NCBI GenBank assembly: GCA_951406725.2 | Contig: OX597832.1 | Location: forward strand, 63,488,001-63,552,000 | Length of the DNA stretch: 64,000 nt | DNA from: Octopus vulgaris | Lineage: Eukaryota | Direction of reading: 5' to 3' | Part shown: positions 14,575-26,504 of the stretch, in pieces | How the letters are laid out: every line of letters starts with the position of its first letter | Numbering within the stretch: position 1 is the stretch's first letter | Program-made: the position numbers and the translations under genes | The notes under the pieces: generated by a model | The model's input: only the letters and a program-made list of their open reading frames with translations | Told to the model about the DNA's origin: nothing | The model's database searches: none

Positions 14575-14990
14575 ACTTGAGTACAGCTACCATCAATGTT
14601 GGCACAATGAAAGGTAGACCTGGAGGGATTGTAGAGATGCTACAGCAGAGGTGAATAGAATTGTGCTGCATACAATGGGGTAAGACGAAGAGGCACCTTG
14701 GTCAAAGTCTTCGCAGGGAATGATCACAGATACAAATTCTTCTGTGTGGGTAACAGAACAAGGAAGGTGGAATAGGTATTTTGTTGCTAGAGAAATGGAT
14801 AAAGCTACTGAGGTTGTTGAAGTGTGTAACAGAATAATTAACCTTAGATTAGTCATAGGCAAATATAACAACAGTTATCTCTCAGCATTCAAACCTAAAG
14901 CAGGACTTGACAGATTACCAAAACAACCATTTCTATGAGATCTCCTCGCAGAATTCTTTGATTAATAAATGAGAGTGACTGTCATTATGC
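14575..14990 (+). mobile_element. Degenerate RTE LINE apurinic endonuclease fragment
   Basis: ATINVGTMKGR..IVEML....IELCCIQ and VEVCNRIINLRLVIG motifs with stops and frameshifts. Confidence 0.7.
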
Positions 14991-15379
14991 TGCTAATTTA
15001 ATTTGTTCACCCCTACCTAGACACTTGTCTCCTTGTCCTCGTTATCCATTGTGTCCAATCTTCAAGGTTCTGTACTATCCACTGTGCCCAGGTTTTCTTC
15101 CTCTCTACATCACCCTTTCGGTGTTTCCTTCTTGCAGTTGTCAACTACATGAAACAATGGGACATCAACAGTACCAATTTCACTGACCACAAACGGTCTG
15201 TAATGTCCATGCGCACTGCTCCTTCCTCCAGATAACCATCCAACCATTTCACCACCCACTATTCCTGGGAGCATCATGGGTGTAGATCCTCAAGCACCTC
15301 CTCCATAGGATCCTATCAAAAGCAACCCTCATTACACTATCTGGCTAGATTCCTAGGTAAGACCAACAGAGACTATGGG

Positions 15380-15518
15380 CATTATTTACATTTGATGGAT
15401 ATTTGTCCTCATCTTGTTTGTTGTTAACACAACGTTTCGGCTGATATACCCTCCAGCCTTCATCAGGTGTCTTGGGGAAATTTCAAACCTGGGTTCTCGT
15501 TCCTAAGGTATTTTTCAA

Positions 15519-15559
<41 letters not shown>

Positions 15560-15636
15560 TCACTGCCTAGAATCAAACTCAGAATCTTGGGGTTAGTAGC
15601 CCGCGCTCTTAACCACTATGCTATATGCCCATAGGC

Positions 15637-15685
<49 letters not shown>

Positions 15686-15867
15686 CAACAACATCGAAAA
15701 ATACCTTAAGAATGAGAACCGAAGTTCGAAATTTCCCCAAGATACCTGATGAATGCTGGAGGGTATATCAGCCAAAACATTGTGTTTACAACAAACAAGA
15801 TGAGGACAAATATCTGTCAAATGTAAATAATGTACATAATTCCTCATCTCTTAAATATAGAACTGTA
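15380..15867 (-). mobile_element. Fold-back non-autonomous element: inverted hammerhead-bearing arms around a tRNA-like head (Penelope-like-element associated), copy 1
   Basis: About 150 bp arms (15380-15530 and 15680-15835) are reverse complements. (TAT)n/(TAA)n spacers flank a central tRNA-like segment at 15558-15630 on the minus strand. Confidence 0.8.
15426..15471 (-). ncRNA. Minimal type-I hammerhead ribozyme motif (intact core)
   Basis: Minus strand reads GACAC CUGAUGA A GGCUG gaggguauau CAGCC GAAA CGUU GUGUU. This gives stem I GACAC/GUGUU, a 5-bp stem II, a palindromic ACGU stem III (dimer type) and a GUU cleavage triplet. Confidence 0.75.
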
Positions 15868-15999
15868 TTATAAATATTGTTAGATGCTTAGTCTGAAGTT
15901 CTACAATTCCTGCAACTTTAGTTACAATATCATAAACTTTAGTATTATTTTATGACAATGAATATCAGTTACTTTAACTAATAACACGCTGGGTTTGTG

Positions 16000-16270
16000 G
16001 AATGCTTCCACCAGAGATGCCTTCATGCCATCATGGACATCTTATGGAAGGAACACATCACTAATAACTAAGTCCTTCAGCAGGTCAATGTCCTGAGCAC
16101 TGAAACCATGCTGCTGCTCAGATGGGCAGGCCATATCTCACATGAACAATTCTAGAATTCCAAAGGCCATGTTCTACAGTGAGCTCAGCCAGGACAAAAT
16201 AGATAGGAGCACCCTCACCACCACCACCACCACAAATGTTTCAAAGACTAGCAGAAACACCAGCTCACCC
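16000..16270 (+). mobile_element. RTE LINE C-terminal remnant
   Basis: FHQRCLHAIMDILW..ITN..VL...LRWAGHI..M...RIPKAMFYSEL. Confidence 0.72.
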
Positions 16271-17150
16271 AGACAAGGATATACCCATCAAGGCGGTGCA
16301 CCAGCATGGCCACAATCCAATGATTGAAACAAGTAAAAGATAAATGGCAGACCATTTATATGATGCACTCCAACAAGCAGCAACCTCTACCATTTCTATC
16401 AAAGAATAACATCAACCAACAAAGATAATTTTCTAAGGAATAAAGTTATATTTCTTTCCTGTCTGCCTCCTCATATTGAAATAATATTACCTCACTATAA
16501 AAACACAAAATTCAAAGAATTCAGCCACCTGCATTTGTTTTAGATGATATCTGCAGTGAACCAGAAATTGGTCTGTCAGAATTTCACCTCTAATTAGACA
16601 GTTTTCCACAAATAAATTATATAAATGTAAAACATATTTATAAAAAAGAAAAAGATATGAAATAAGAAAAATGTGTCAATATTTTTTTTGTCTTTGAAAT
16701 AAAGTAACATTTGTAATAATTCTCTCTAATTTTGAAAGAAGGAAAGCAATTTTGAGGGCTGGGAAAGTTGTTTACATCGCCCCCAGTACTTGATTGGTAT
16801 GTTATTTTATCGATCTGAAAAGGTTGAAAGGCAAAGTTAACCTCAGTAACATTTGAATTCAGAAAGTAAAGAACCAGAAGAAATGAGGCTAAGCATTTTG
16901 TTTGACGCACTAATGATTCAGCCATCTCACCACCCTAATAATAATAATAATAATAATCTTTTCTACTATAGGCACAAGGCCTGAAATTTGTGGGAGGGGG
17001 ATAGTGGTACTTGATTTATCAACTTTGAAAGGATAAAAAGCAAAGTCAACCTCGGCGGAATTTGAACTCAGAACATAGAGGTGGGCAAAATAATGTTAAG
17101 CACTTCATCCAGTGTGTTAACAATTCTGCCAGCTCACCACCTTAATAATA

Positions 17151-17447
17151 ATAAGAGCAATCAGAGAGCACAAACCTCCACCAAGGCAACACCAACGTTC
17201 TCTTAATGATTAGCCAGAGATGATTTTTAAAATGCAAATATCTGAAATAAACTCGACTGCTCTCACAAACGAAAATACTAAAAATAAACCCAAAATCTAA
17301 TCAGTTTGTGCCAATCACAAGGCCAAACATCCCTGAAAGTTTCATCTGAATCCATCCAGCAGTTCTTGAGATATCTTGTCCACAGACTAACAAACAAACA
17401 AACATGAATGAAAACAATACCTCTACCTTCGCTAAGGCAGAGATATT
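17151..17447. mobile_element. Helentron-associated (HINE/DINE-1-like) non-autonomous element
   Basis: Subterminal ACCTCCACCAAGG repeat, internal (AAAC)n and a terminal hairpin ACCTCTACCTT..AAGGCAGAGAT. Confidence 0.5.
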
Positions 17448-19899
17448 AATAACTGCTTACAGACAAAGCTACAAAAATGGTGGATGATGTCAATTAAATT
17501 AACTCTTGTATTGGACTGGTACTACATTTTACTGACCACAAAGGAGGAAAAATAAAGCTGACCTAAGCAGAATATGAACCCAGAATTGAAAAGAACAATA
17601 CTACAAAGCAATTTTTCCAATGCTCAAACAATTTTGCCAATTCACCAAATAAAAATAATTCTTTCTAAATTAGACACAAGACAAATGGTTTTGATGGGGA
17701 GGATGTTGATAAATTAAATAAATCCTTGACGGATAAAAGGTAAAGTTTAACTTGGGTAAGATTTGAACTAAGAACATAAAGACCCAGAACAATTCCACCA
17801 AAGCTTTTACCTGTTAGTCTAACGATTCTGCTAATCAACCAACATTTAAAAAAATAAATAAAATAAAAACAAAAAAAAAGATAAAAAATTTCAGATAAAA
17901 AGAAATACGAAAATGGGTCAATATTTTGCCTTTGAATTAAAAACAAAGCAACAACAAGAATAATCCTTACTACTATAAGCACAAGGCCGGGATTTTTGTG
18001 GGGAGGGGGACAATCGATCACATCAACTTCAGTACCTGACTGGTGCTTAATTTATCGACCCTGAAAGGATGAAAGGCAAAGACGACCTCAGCAGAATTTG
18101 AACTTAGAACGTAGCAATAGACGAAATACCACTAAGCATTTCACCCGGCATGCTAATGACTTTTTTTCTACTCTAGGCACAAGGCCTGGAATTTTGGGGG
18201 AGGGGGCCAGTCAATTAGATCAACACCAGTATGCAACTGGTACTTAATTCATCAACCCTGAAAAGATGAAAGGCAAAGTCAACCTCAGCAGAATTCGAAC
18301 TCAGAACGTAGCAACTGATGAAATACCGCTAAGCATTTCGCCTAGCATGCTAATGATTCTGCCAGCTCACTGCCTTATCAACAACATTCATAACAACTAC
18401 AATAAACAACTTATATAGACCAGAAATTTGTGAGGAGGGAACAGCTGATTCCATCCAGACACCCACCCACCCATTACCCCACTAGTACTTCACTGGTACT
18501 TATAGTAATAATAATGATAATTATAAAGATTTTCACATATGGTTGTCATAAAGGAGTTTATTATTTCACATTGAAAGGTTTCATATGATGGAAGGGAGGA
18601 GCAAAATGCTTATTCCATAACTTAAGAATAATTATACTATATATATGTTATCTGGTGGCATGAAATTTACTCTGGAAATAAAGTCATATTGTTAAAAGAA
18701 ACCCGATCCTCATGTTCCAAAATATGATAGATTAATAACTGTGATATTTAGTCAAAGCTAAAGGTTAGATTTACAAAAATAATCTTTTCTCTTGGTTCCC
18801 AGCTAAACCTTCTTATCAACCATCTGTGTCGTGTGTGTGTACATGCACACACACACACACACACACATGCGCACACACTAATCATGAAAGTAATTGGACC
18901 TCCAGAAAAACTATTTATAAAATTATATTTTACCAAAGCTTTAGAAATATATTGTCAGTATGTTTCTCTTGTTGTTGTTTAGCCCCAGGTCAAACCTGAT
19001 TCCAGTAGTCTTATAAACAAAAGGCATTCCAGCCAGTAAGAGTGTGTAGGACTACAATACAGAAAGTGTCCTTTCCTTATTCAAGTCATTTTTGAAGGTA
19101 GGGAGAGCTACAGCTGATATTTCTAGCTGATCAAAGGACCATATTAAACAGAGATGAGGCCTCTCACCTGCAGGACAAACTGCACCACATTGAAATTACC
19201 GACCAATGAGACCTCTATATGCAAACAAAAATAATTTTAAAAAAACAAACAAAGCATTTGAAGCCAAGATCAAAACAGTAATTAAATATAAGCTGACCAA
19301 GACCTTTGGCGATATGCTGTGCTTGAGAAGACTCATCAAGGCAAGTGAAATGGCACCTGTGAAATCATAGTCGTGGCTGTTGTTGGTGTTATGTAAAAGA
19401 CACCCATGCTGGTGGCACGTAAAAAGCACCCACTACACTCTCAGAGTGGAACCTGGTGCAGCTCTCCAGCTTACCAGTTCCTGTTAAACCATCTAATCCA
19501 TGCCAGCATAGAAAGCAGACAAGTTAAATGATGGTAATAATGAGGAGACCTTTGAGTTTATTTTTTTTCAGCAGAGATGTACCCCAAAGGTTCTTCCAAT
19601 TCACTTCCAGTACTTAATATATTCCCCCCATCCTTGATGTAGAAGGTTTTTTTTTATATTCTTTATATTTAAGTTGTTCACCCACCCACTCCCGTGCCTT
19701 TTTAAACAATTTTATTATTTGGGAAAATAAAAAATTTATGATGCATTAGATTTCGTTTGTATCATGATCAATAGTTTCAATTTATTTTCACCTCACTCCT
19801 ACTCCAATTAATACAGTTTCAATGAATTTATAAACCTCTATTCCACTGCCTGTCATAGTTTCTCATTAATTGTTGGTGTTTCTTGAACTCCAGTCAATT

Positions 19900-20780
19900 T
19901 ATTGGCTCATCCCATAAATAATGCAGTGTTTTCAATTGCATGAACTAAAAGTTGGAGGGTGATGGGATAAACTACTTGCATCAACTTGCTATAAAAGCAT
20001 ACAGTAAATTTACCTTGTACTTATTCTTAGTGCAAGTTTTGAAGAGTGCAGTTTGATTTTAACAGTTATGTTTTCAAAGCTATAATGGAGCATATTCAAC
20101 ATATTGTACTTTATGAGTTCAATAAAGGCAACGATGCAACAGAATGTGCGATGAATATTAATGCAGTATATGGGGATCGGACAATAAGCGTAAGCCAATG
20201 TCGACAGTGGTTTCAGAAATTCCAAGCCAGAAACTGCAGCCTAGAAAATGATCCTCATCCTGGGAGATCTATAGAGTATGACGAGGATGTTCTGCAAGCT
20301 CTGGTGGAACAAAATCCCATCATAACTGTTGAGGAACTAGCAGAGAAGTATGGAATTGGTCATTCAACCATTCATCAACACTCATTGGATCAATGAGTCT
20401 AATCGTATGCAGAGAGAGAATGTGTGCTCTTCTTTGCTGTCATGTCTCACGAATGAGCCTTTTTTGGACTGAATAGTGACTGGTGATGAGAAATGGGTTC
20501 TCTACAAAAATTTCAAGTGCCAAAGACAGTGGGCAGAGAAAGGAGAAACACAAGCACTCCAGACTAAAGAAGTTATTTCCCCACATAAGGTGTTTTTATC
20601 TGTTTGGTGGGAAATGAAAGGATTAGACCACTGAACTTTTAACCCCAAACCAAATGATAACAATGGAGATCTACTGCAAGCAGCTTGAGCAGCTTAAGTC
20701 AGTGCTAAAAGCAAAACAACCATCTTTGCTTTCAAGATGAAAGGTGTTCTTCCATCAGTATAATGCTCAGCCACATATTA
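19900..20780 (+). mobile_element. Truncated, decayed mariner transposon (transposase pseudogene)
   Basis: Left TIR TA-TTGGCTCATCCCATAAATAATGC; HTH region from ATG 20085; IVTGDEKWVLY, SVWWEMKG and HQYNAQPH (HDNARPH) motifs. No right end is present. Confidence 0.9.
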
Positions 20781-21179
20781 GAAGATTAGTATGGTCCACT
20801 ACCAGACAGAAGCATAGCACACCCTGTGCCACAGAAGTAAAGCATATTAAGTGTTTATAGATCAAATATAGTCATTTTTCCAACACCCTTTCGTGTCAAA
20901 AGCTGACCCAAGATTATACAAAAGGGATTACACCAGTCTGAGAGTGCTAGAAATGAAGATATGTGAAAGCTACTAAGATGAGCCAAGGCAAATAAATGCC
21001 AGCATAGAAAGACAAAAAACATAAAAGTGGAGCAGAAAGAGGTTGATCATATTAAATGTATGCACAGTCAAAAGTGATGGATTTTCATTATAATTTTTGA
21101 AATATATTTTCCTTAAAAATGTTCAACTATTCTTGGATTCCAAGTTATTTAATCTACAGTAATGGAAAGCATAGATGTA

Positions 21180-21390
21180 CAATAATCCCTCAACTATTGC
21201 AGGTGTTATGTTCCAAAACCCCACTGCAACAGGTGAAAATCTGCAAAGTAGAAACAGTACTGCACTGTATATTTAAAAAATTTTTTTTTATAATTTTTAT
21301 CATAAATGCAAAACAACACCACAGAGGAATCGACGTAAGCTTAAATGATAAACTGAGATAGGTGAACTGTGATATGGCAAGGGATTACTG
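21180..21390. mobile_element. Tigger/pogo-type MITE
   Basis: ta|CAATAATCCCTC ... AGGGATTACTG ends. Confidence 0.7.
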
Positions 21391-23291
21391 CAATGACAAT
21401 TTTCATATTTAATTCATTCTTAATGAAAGATTCAAAGTAGATAAAGCTTTAAACAATAGCAGGCAAATATCTATTTTCTATTACATTGCCCACAGGGGGC
21501 TAAACATAGAGGGGACAAACAAGAACAGACAAAGGGATTAAATTGATTACATCGACCCCAGTGCATAACTGGTATTTATTTAATCGATCCCAAAAGGATG
21601 AAAACAAAATCGACCTCAACGGAACAGCAGACGAAATACCTATTTCTTTATTACCCACAAGGGGCTAAACACAGAAGGGACAAACAAGGACAGACATAGG
21701 TATTAAGTCGATTACATCGACCCCAGTGCGTAACTGGTACTTAATTTATCGACCCCGAAAGGCGAAAGGCAAAGTCGACCTCGGCGGAATTTGAACACAC
21801 AACGTAACGCAGACGAAATACCGCTAAGCATTTCGCCCGGCGTGCTAACGTTTCTGCCAGCTCGCCACAGACGAAATACCGCTGAGCATTTTGCCTGACA
21901 TGCTGACATTTCTGCTAGCTCACTGCCTTAATAGCTTTTATCTCAGCTGCACCAGCAATGGCCATCAGGGATACACCAGCAGAATACAAGCTCCTGAGAG
22001 GGCCTTCCATGCTAGACAGATCAAAGGATAGAAACCAGACTAATATGGACCACTTCTTCTCAGAGATCTAAATGGGTTTGCACAGGACCAAGATGACGTT
22101 ATACATCCATCGATGACAATTCAAAGCCAACAAGACCTAGGAGAGGTAGACCCCTCCTCAGGGAAACATATGACACAGGATTCTGAGGCAGAATTCAAAA
22201 AGCATGGATCCAACTGGAGAGAAGCAGAAAAGACTGCCTAGAGTCAAGAAAAGTCATCAATGGTCTATGCTCTAAAGGCAGTGATGAAAGGCTTAAGATG
22301 TTAAGGTAAGCAATGTCTACTCAGCTACAACTATTGACTGTTAAATATTAAAAGTAAATGATTTCTAATGCATTATAGAAATGCCAATTTAATGCATGAA
22401 ATTCAATGTATAATCCATCATTTAACGTCCGTTATCCATGCGGGCATGGATTGGACGGTTTGATTGGGCTGGCATGCTGGAAGGCTGCACTAGGATCCAG
22501 TCTGATTTGGCATGGTTTTCTACAGCTGGATGCCCTTCCTAATGCCAACCACTCTGTGAGTGCAATGGGGCTTTTACGTGCCACTGGCACAAGTGCCATT
22601 TGCATGACACCAGTATCTGCCACAAATGCTATTTTGCTCGGCTTGATGGGTCTTCTTCTCAAGCACAACACAATGCCAAAGGTCTTGGTCATTGCCTTTC
22701 TGAGGCCCAACACTCGAAAGGAACTCGGCCATTTTGCCTCCATGAGGCCCAACGCATGAAAGGAACTCAGCCACCTCACCTCCAATGTTTTGTTGTTAGA
22801 CACAGTATCCCACTGCTTTTGAACTTCATTATATGTACCTCAGAGTGACAAATCTTTAACCCTTTAACATTCAGATTACTCTGTCAAAAACAATGCTTAT
22901 TCACATTACTTTGAAATTAATCATGCATTATGTTATAGCTTTGAAATTTTGAAGATGTGATTGTTTAATTTTAGAATAATGTCGGGTCAATGTGAGATGT
23001 CAGATCTGGCCAGTTTGAACAGGTGGAATGTTTGGGCCAGATATGGCTGGTTTAAGTGGTAAAGGCTTAAATCACATGTAGGTGAGATTCCAAAATATTG
23101 TGCTTGGAGCTTTGAGATTTGGATAATGTGATTGCCTTTCCCTCAGTATCATATTTGTTAATACAGAGTGAGAAGTGTGTGCACATGTATTTCATCATTC
23201 ACCTATGACTGAACTCATTTTTAGAGACATTTTATTCCATGCCATTAGATAAAATACTAATGTATTTTAATGATGCCATATTCCTGGTTCA

Positions 23292-25189
23292 ACATCTGCA
23301 GGAGAAATACCTAGCTAAAGATAAACCCCTCTACGTAGCTTTCATGGACTTGGAGAAAGCCTTTGACAGGGTCCCCTGATCCCTTATCCGGTGGGTGATG
23401 TGGAAACTGGAGATTGACGTAATGGTTAATGAGGGCTGTACAGGCTCTGCACAGAGAGGCTGTCAGCAAGGTTAGGATTGACAATGAGTATAGTGAAGAA
23501 TTCTGGGTAGAAGTAGGAGTCCACCGAGGTTCAGCCCTCAGTCCCCTTTTATTCATCATAGTCCTCCAGGCAATAACAGAGGAATTCAAGACGGGTTGCC
23601 CCTGGGAGCTCCTCTATGCTGATGACCTGGCCCTCATAGCAGAATCACTACCGGAACTAGAAAAGAAATTTGGGGTGTGGAAGCTAGGTTTGGAATCAAA
23701 AGGCCTTAGAGTCAATGTAGCAAAGACCAAAGTGCTAGTAAATAGGAAGACAAACACACGACACACCCCTTCAGGTAGGTGGCCCTGCTTGATCTGTAGA
23801 AAAGGTGTAGGTAGAAACTCCACAAGATGTACCCAGTGTAAGTTATAGACACATAAGAGGTGCAGCACCATCAAAGGAAAATTAACCGAGAAGATAGCTT
23901 TCGCGTGCGGCAGATGCACAGGGGCAATAGACACCATTGATACTCAGAAAACAGATTCCATTACACTCCTGGGGGAGAAACTAGAAGTAGTTGATAGTTT
24001 CCGCTACCTAGATGACCAAGTTAGTAGTGGGGGGTGGATGCTCAGAGAGTGTTACCAGTAGAATAAGAATAGCCTGGGCAAAGTTTAGAAAGCTCCTACC
24101 CCTACTGGTGACAAAGGGTCTCTCATTCAGAGTGAAAGGTAGATTGTACGATGCATGTGTGCGAAGTGCCATGCTTCACGGTAGTGAAACATGAGCTGTG
24201 ACTGCAGAGGACATGCGTAGGCTTGAAAGAAATGAAGCTAGCATGATCCGCTGGATGTGTAATGTCAGTGTGCATACACAACAGAGTGTAAGTGCCCTGA
24301 GAGAAATGCTGGATATAAGAAGCATTGGATGTGGCATGCAAGAGAGATGTCTGCACTGGTATGGTCATGTACTACGGATGGATGAGGAGAGATGTGTGAA
24401 GAAGTACCACTCCCAAACAGTTGGAGGAATCCGGGGTAGAGGCAGACCCAGGAAGACATGGGATGAGGTGGTCAAGCATGACCTTTGAACGTTGGGTCTC
24501 ACAGAGGCAATGACGAAAGGCCAAGACCTCTGGAAATATGCTGTGACTGCGAAGACCCGACAAATAACATAAGTTCATGGCTGTTTCCTGCACCAACTTC
24601 ACATAGAAGCCTTAGCCCATCCAAAGTGCCTTGGATCGCAGGACGGTCTGCTGTGCTTACCTTGGATTATAGAGTGACCTGCTGTGCTTGAGGAGACCTA
24701 TTAAGTCAAGTACATCAACATCAAAAAATCAAATGGAAATTGTAGTTGTGATACCTGTGCCGGTGGCACGTAAAAAGCACCATCCATACGTGGTCAATGC
24801 CAGCGCCGCCTTGACTGGCTTCCATGCCGGTGGCACGTAAAAAGCACCAACCGATCGTGGCCATTGCCAGCCTCCCCTGGCACGTAAAAACACCATTTGT
24901 ACGTGGTCAATGCCAGCGCCACCTTGACTGGCTTCCATGCCGGTGACACGTAAAAAGCACCAACCGATCGTGGCCATTGCCAGCCTCCCCTGGCACCTGT
25001 GCCAGAGGAACATAAAAAGCACCCACTACACTCTCGGAGTGGTTGGCATTAGGAAGGACATTCAGCTGTAGAAACACTGCCATTCAGACTGGAGCCTGGT
25101 GCAGCCTCCTGGCTTCCCAGAACCCGGTCAAACCATCCAACCCATGCTAGCATGGAAAACGGACGTTAAACGATGATGATGATGATGAT
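23292..25189 (+). mobile_element. 5'-truncated RTE-clade LINE (degenerate reverse transcriptase, modular 3' UTR, (GAT)n tail)
   Basis: AFMDLEKAFDRVP, GSALSPLLF, LLYADDLAL, WYGHVLRM and GRGRPRKTW motifs with stops and frameshifts. The ORF ends near 24567; the tail is gatgatgat at 25172-25189. Confidence 0.93.
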
Positions 25190-25730
25190 GTGTGTGTGTG
25201 TGTGTGTGTGTGTGGAGGAGGAAGACTAACAAAAACACGAAAAGAAGTTGTCTTGAGCTGAGCTGGGGTGCTAGATTCCTTTGTTCGAAAATATAAGGAC
25301 ACAGATCATGTCGTATAGCCAGCTGGAGATGATGCCTCCTGCGGCTAAATTACAGCAACATTCATCCTAAACCAGGACTGCCATGTTATGTTGGCGAAAA
25401 TCTTTACTCCAAAGTACTGTTGCTGAATATCTCTCAATGTGAGATTTAAAAATAGTAATTTTCTAAGTTGTGAAAGTTGATCTCAAGAAGCTGATCTTCA
25501 CAAAGGCTACTTTAAACTACCAGGAGCTGTGCCGGAGATGGCCAGTTTTATCTATGCAAGCATGGAAACAGCTGAAGAGGTTGACGATGACATCATCACT
25601 TAATGTCTACTTTTGCATATATGCATGGGTCAGATGGAATTTGTTGAGGCAGATTTTCTATGGCTGAATGCCCTCCCGGTTGCCAACTCTCATTTGTTTC
25701 CAAGAAAGATAAGAAACAAACATCATTTAC

Positions 25731-25984
25731 TCCCATGACTTTCAGAAACATTTTTTCACACTCAGAGTTGCTGAAGCATGGAACAAACTACCTTCATCGG
25801 TTGTTAGTTGCCAAGACATTGCATCCTTTAAAACTTCCATGCTTCCTGAAATTCGCCAACACTACACCTGATATCCAGTTCCCTCCATACACATGCACAC
25901 ATACATCATGACTCATATACTGCACATGCACCTTTGATGAGTTGTAGTGCACCTGAGCACCAAACAATAATTTCATTATTATTA
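25731..25984 (+). mobile_element. CR1-type LINE 3' end
   Basis: HFFTLRVAEAWNKLPSSVVSCQDIASFKTSM, followed by a short 3' UTR and (ATT)n tail. Confidence 0.75.
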
Positions 25985-26462
25985 TGACAGAACACTTATT
26001 TACAACCATCTCATGATGTTAGTACAAGGGAACAGACACACACACATTGTATCCAAGATAATATAAATTAATGTTCTTCCTTTTTTCAGACAACACTGTG
26101 TGATCTGAGGGAGAGTTAACTGCTATTTTCAGCACAGGATGCAACCATATAGAGGCGTCCTTGTTGATTCTATCATAGTGAAAACAGTAAAATGATAGTT
26201 GTGTTAGTTATAAGTAAAGTAAAAATTTGAAAATGACTAGTCAGGAATTGGAACAGTCACAGATTCAACATTCCAAAAGTTTATTAGTTTGTCTTTGGTA
26301 TGGAGCCAAACATCTTTCAGTGATAAAAACAAACTAACTCTCAATATTATGATTCATTCCTCAGTTTGGCTCATTTAGTTTATTAATATGACAGGCAAAA
26401 GCATCAGGTAACCTAAGAAAAACAGGGACGTTGTCAATAAACTAAAACACAATAAAACTTAC

Positions 26463-26504
26463 CTTTACAACATCAGGTCCAGTAATGAAGAGGTAAGATG
26501 TATC
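26463..26504 (-). CDS. PCCB: PCCB exon 8 (last exon found in the window; gene incomplete)
   Basis: tttcag|DTSYLFITGPDVVK|gtaagt; 42 nt. Confidence 0.95.

Noticed and set aside
16544-16620. Possible plus-strand terminal exon (DICSEPEIGLSEFHL*) followed by AATAAA
   Set aside because: No supporting upstream exons or recognisable homology.
24758-25024. CRISPR-like repeat-spacer array
   Set aside because: The spacers themselves repeat (A-B-A-B), the array is part of a LINE 3' UTR in eukaryotic DNA, and there are no cas genes.
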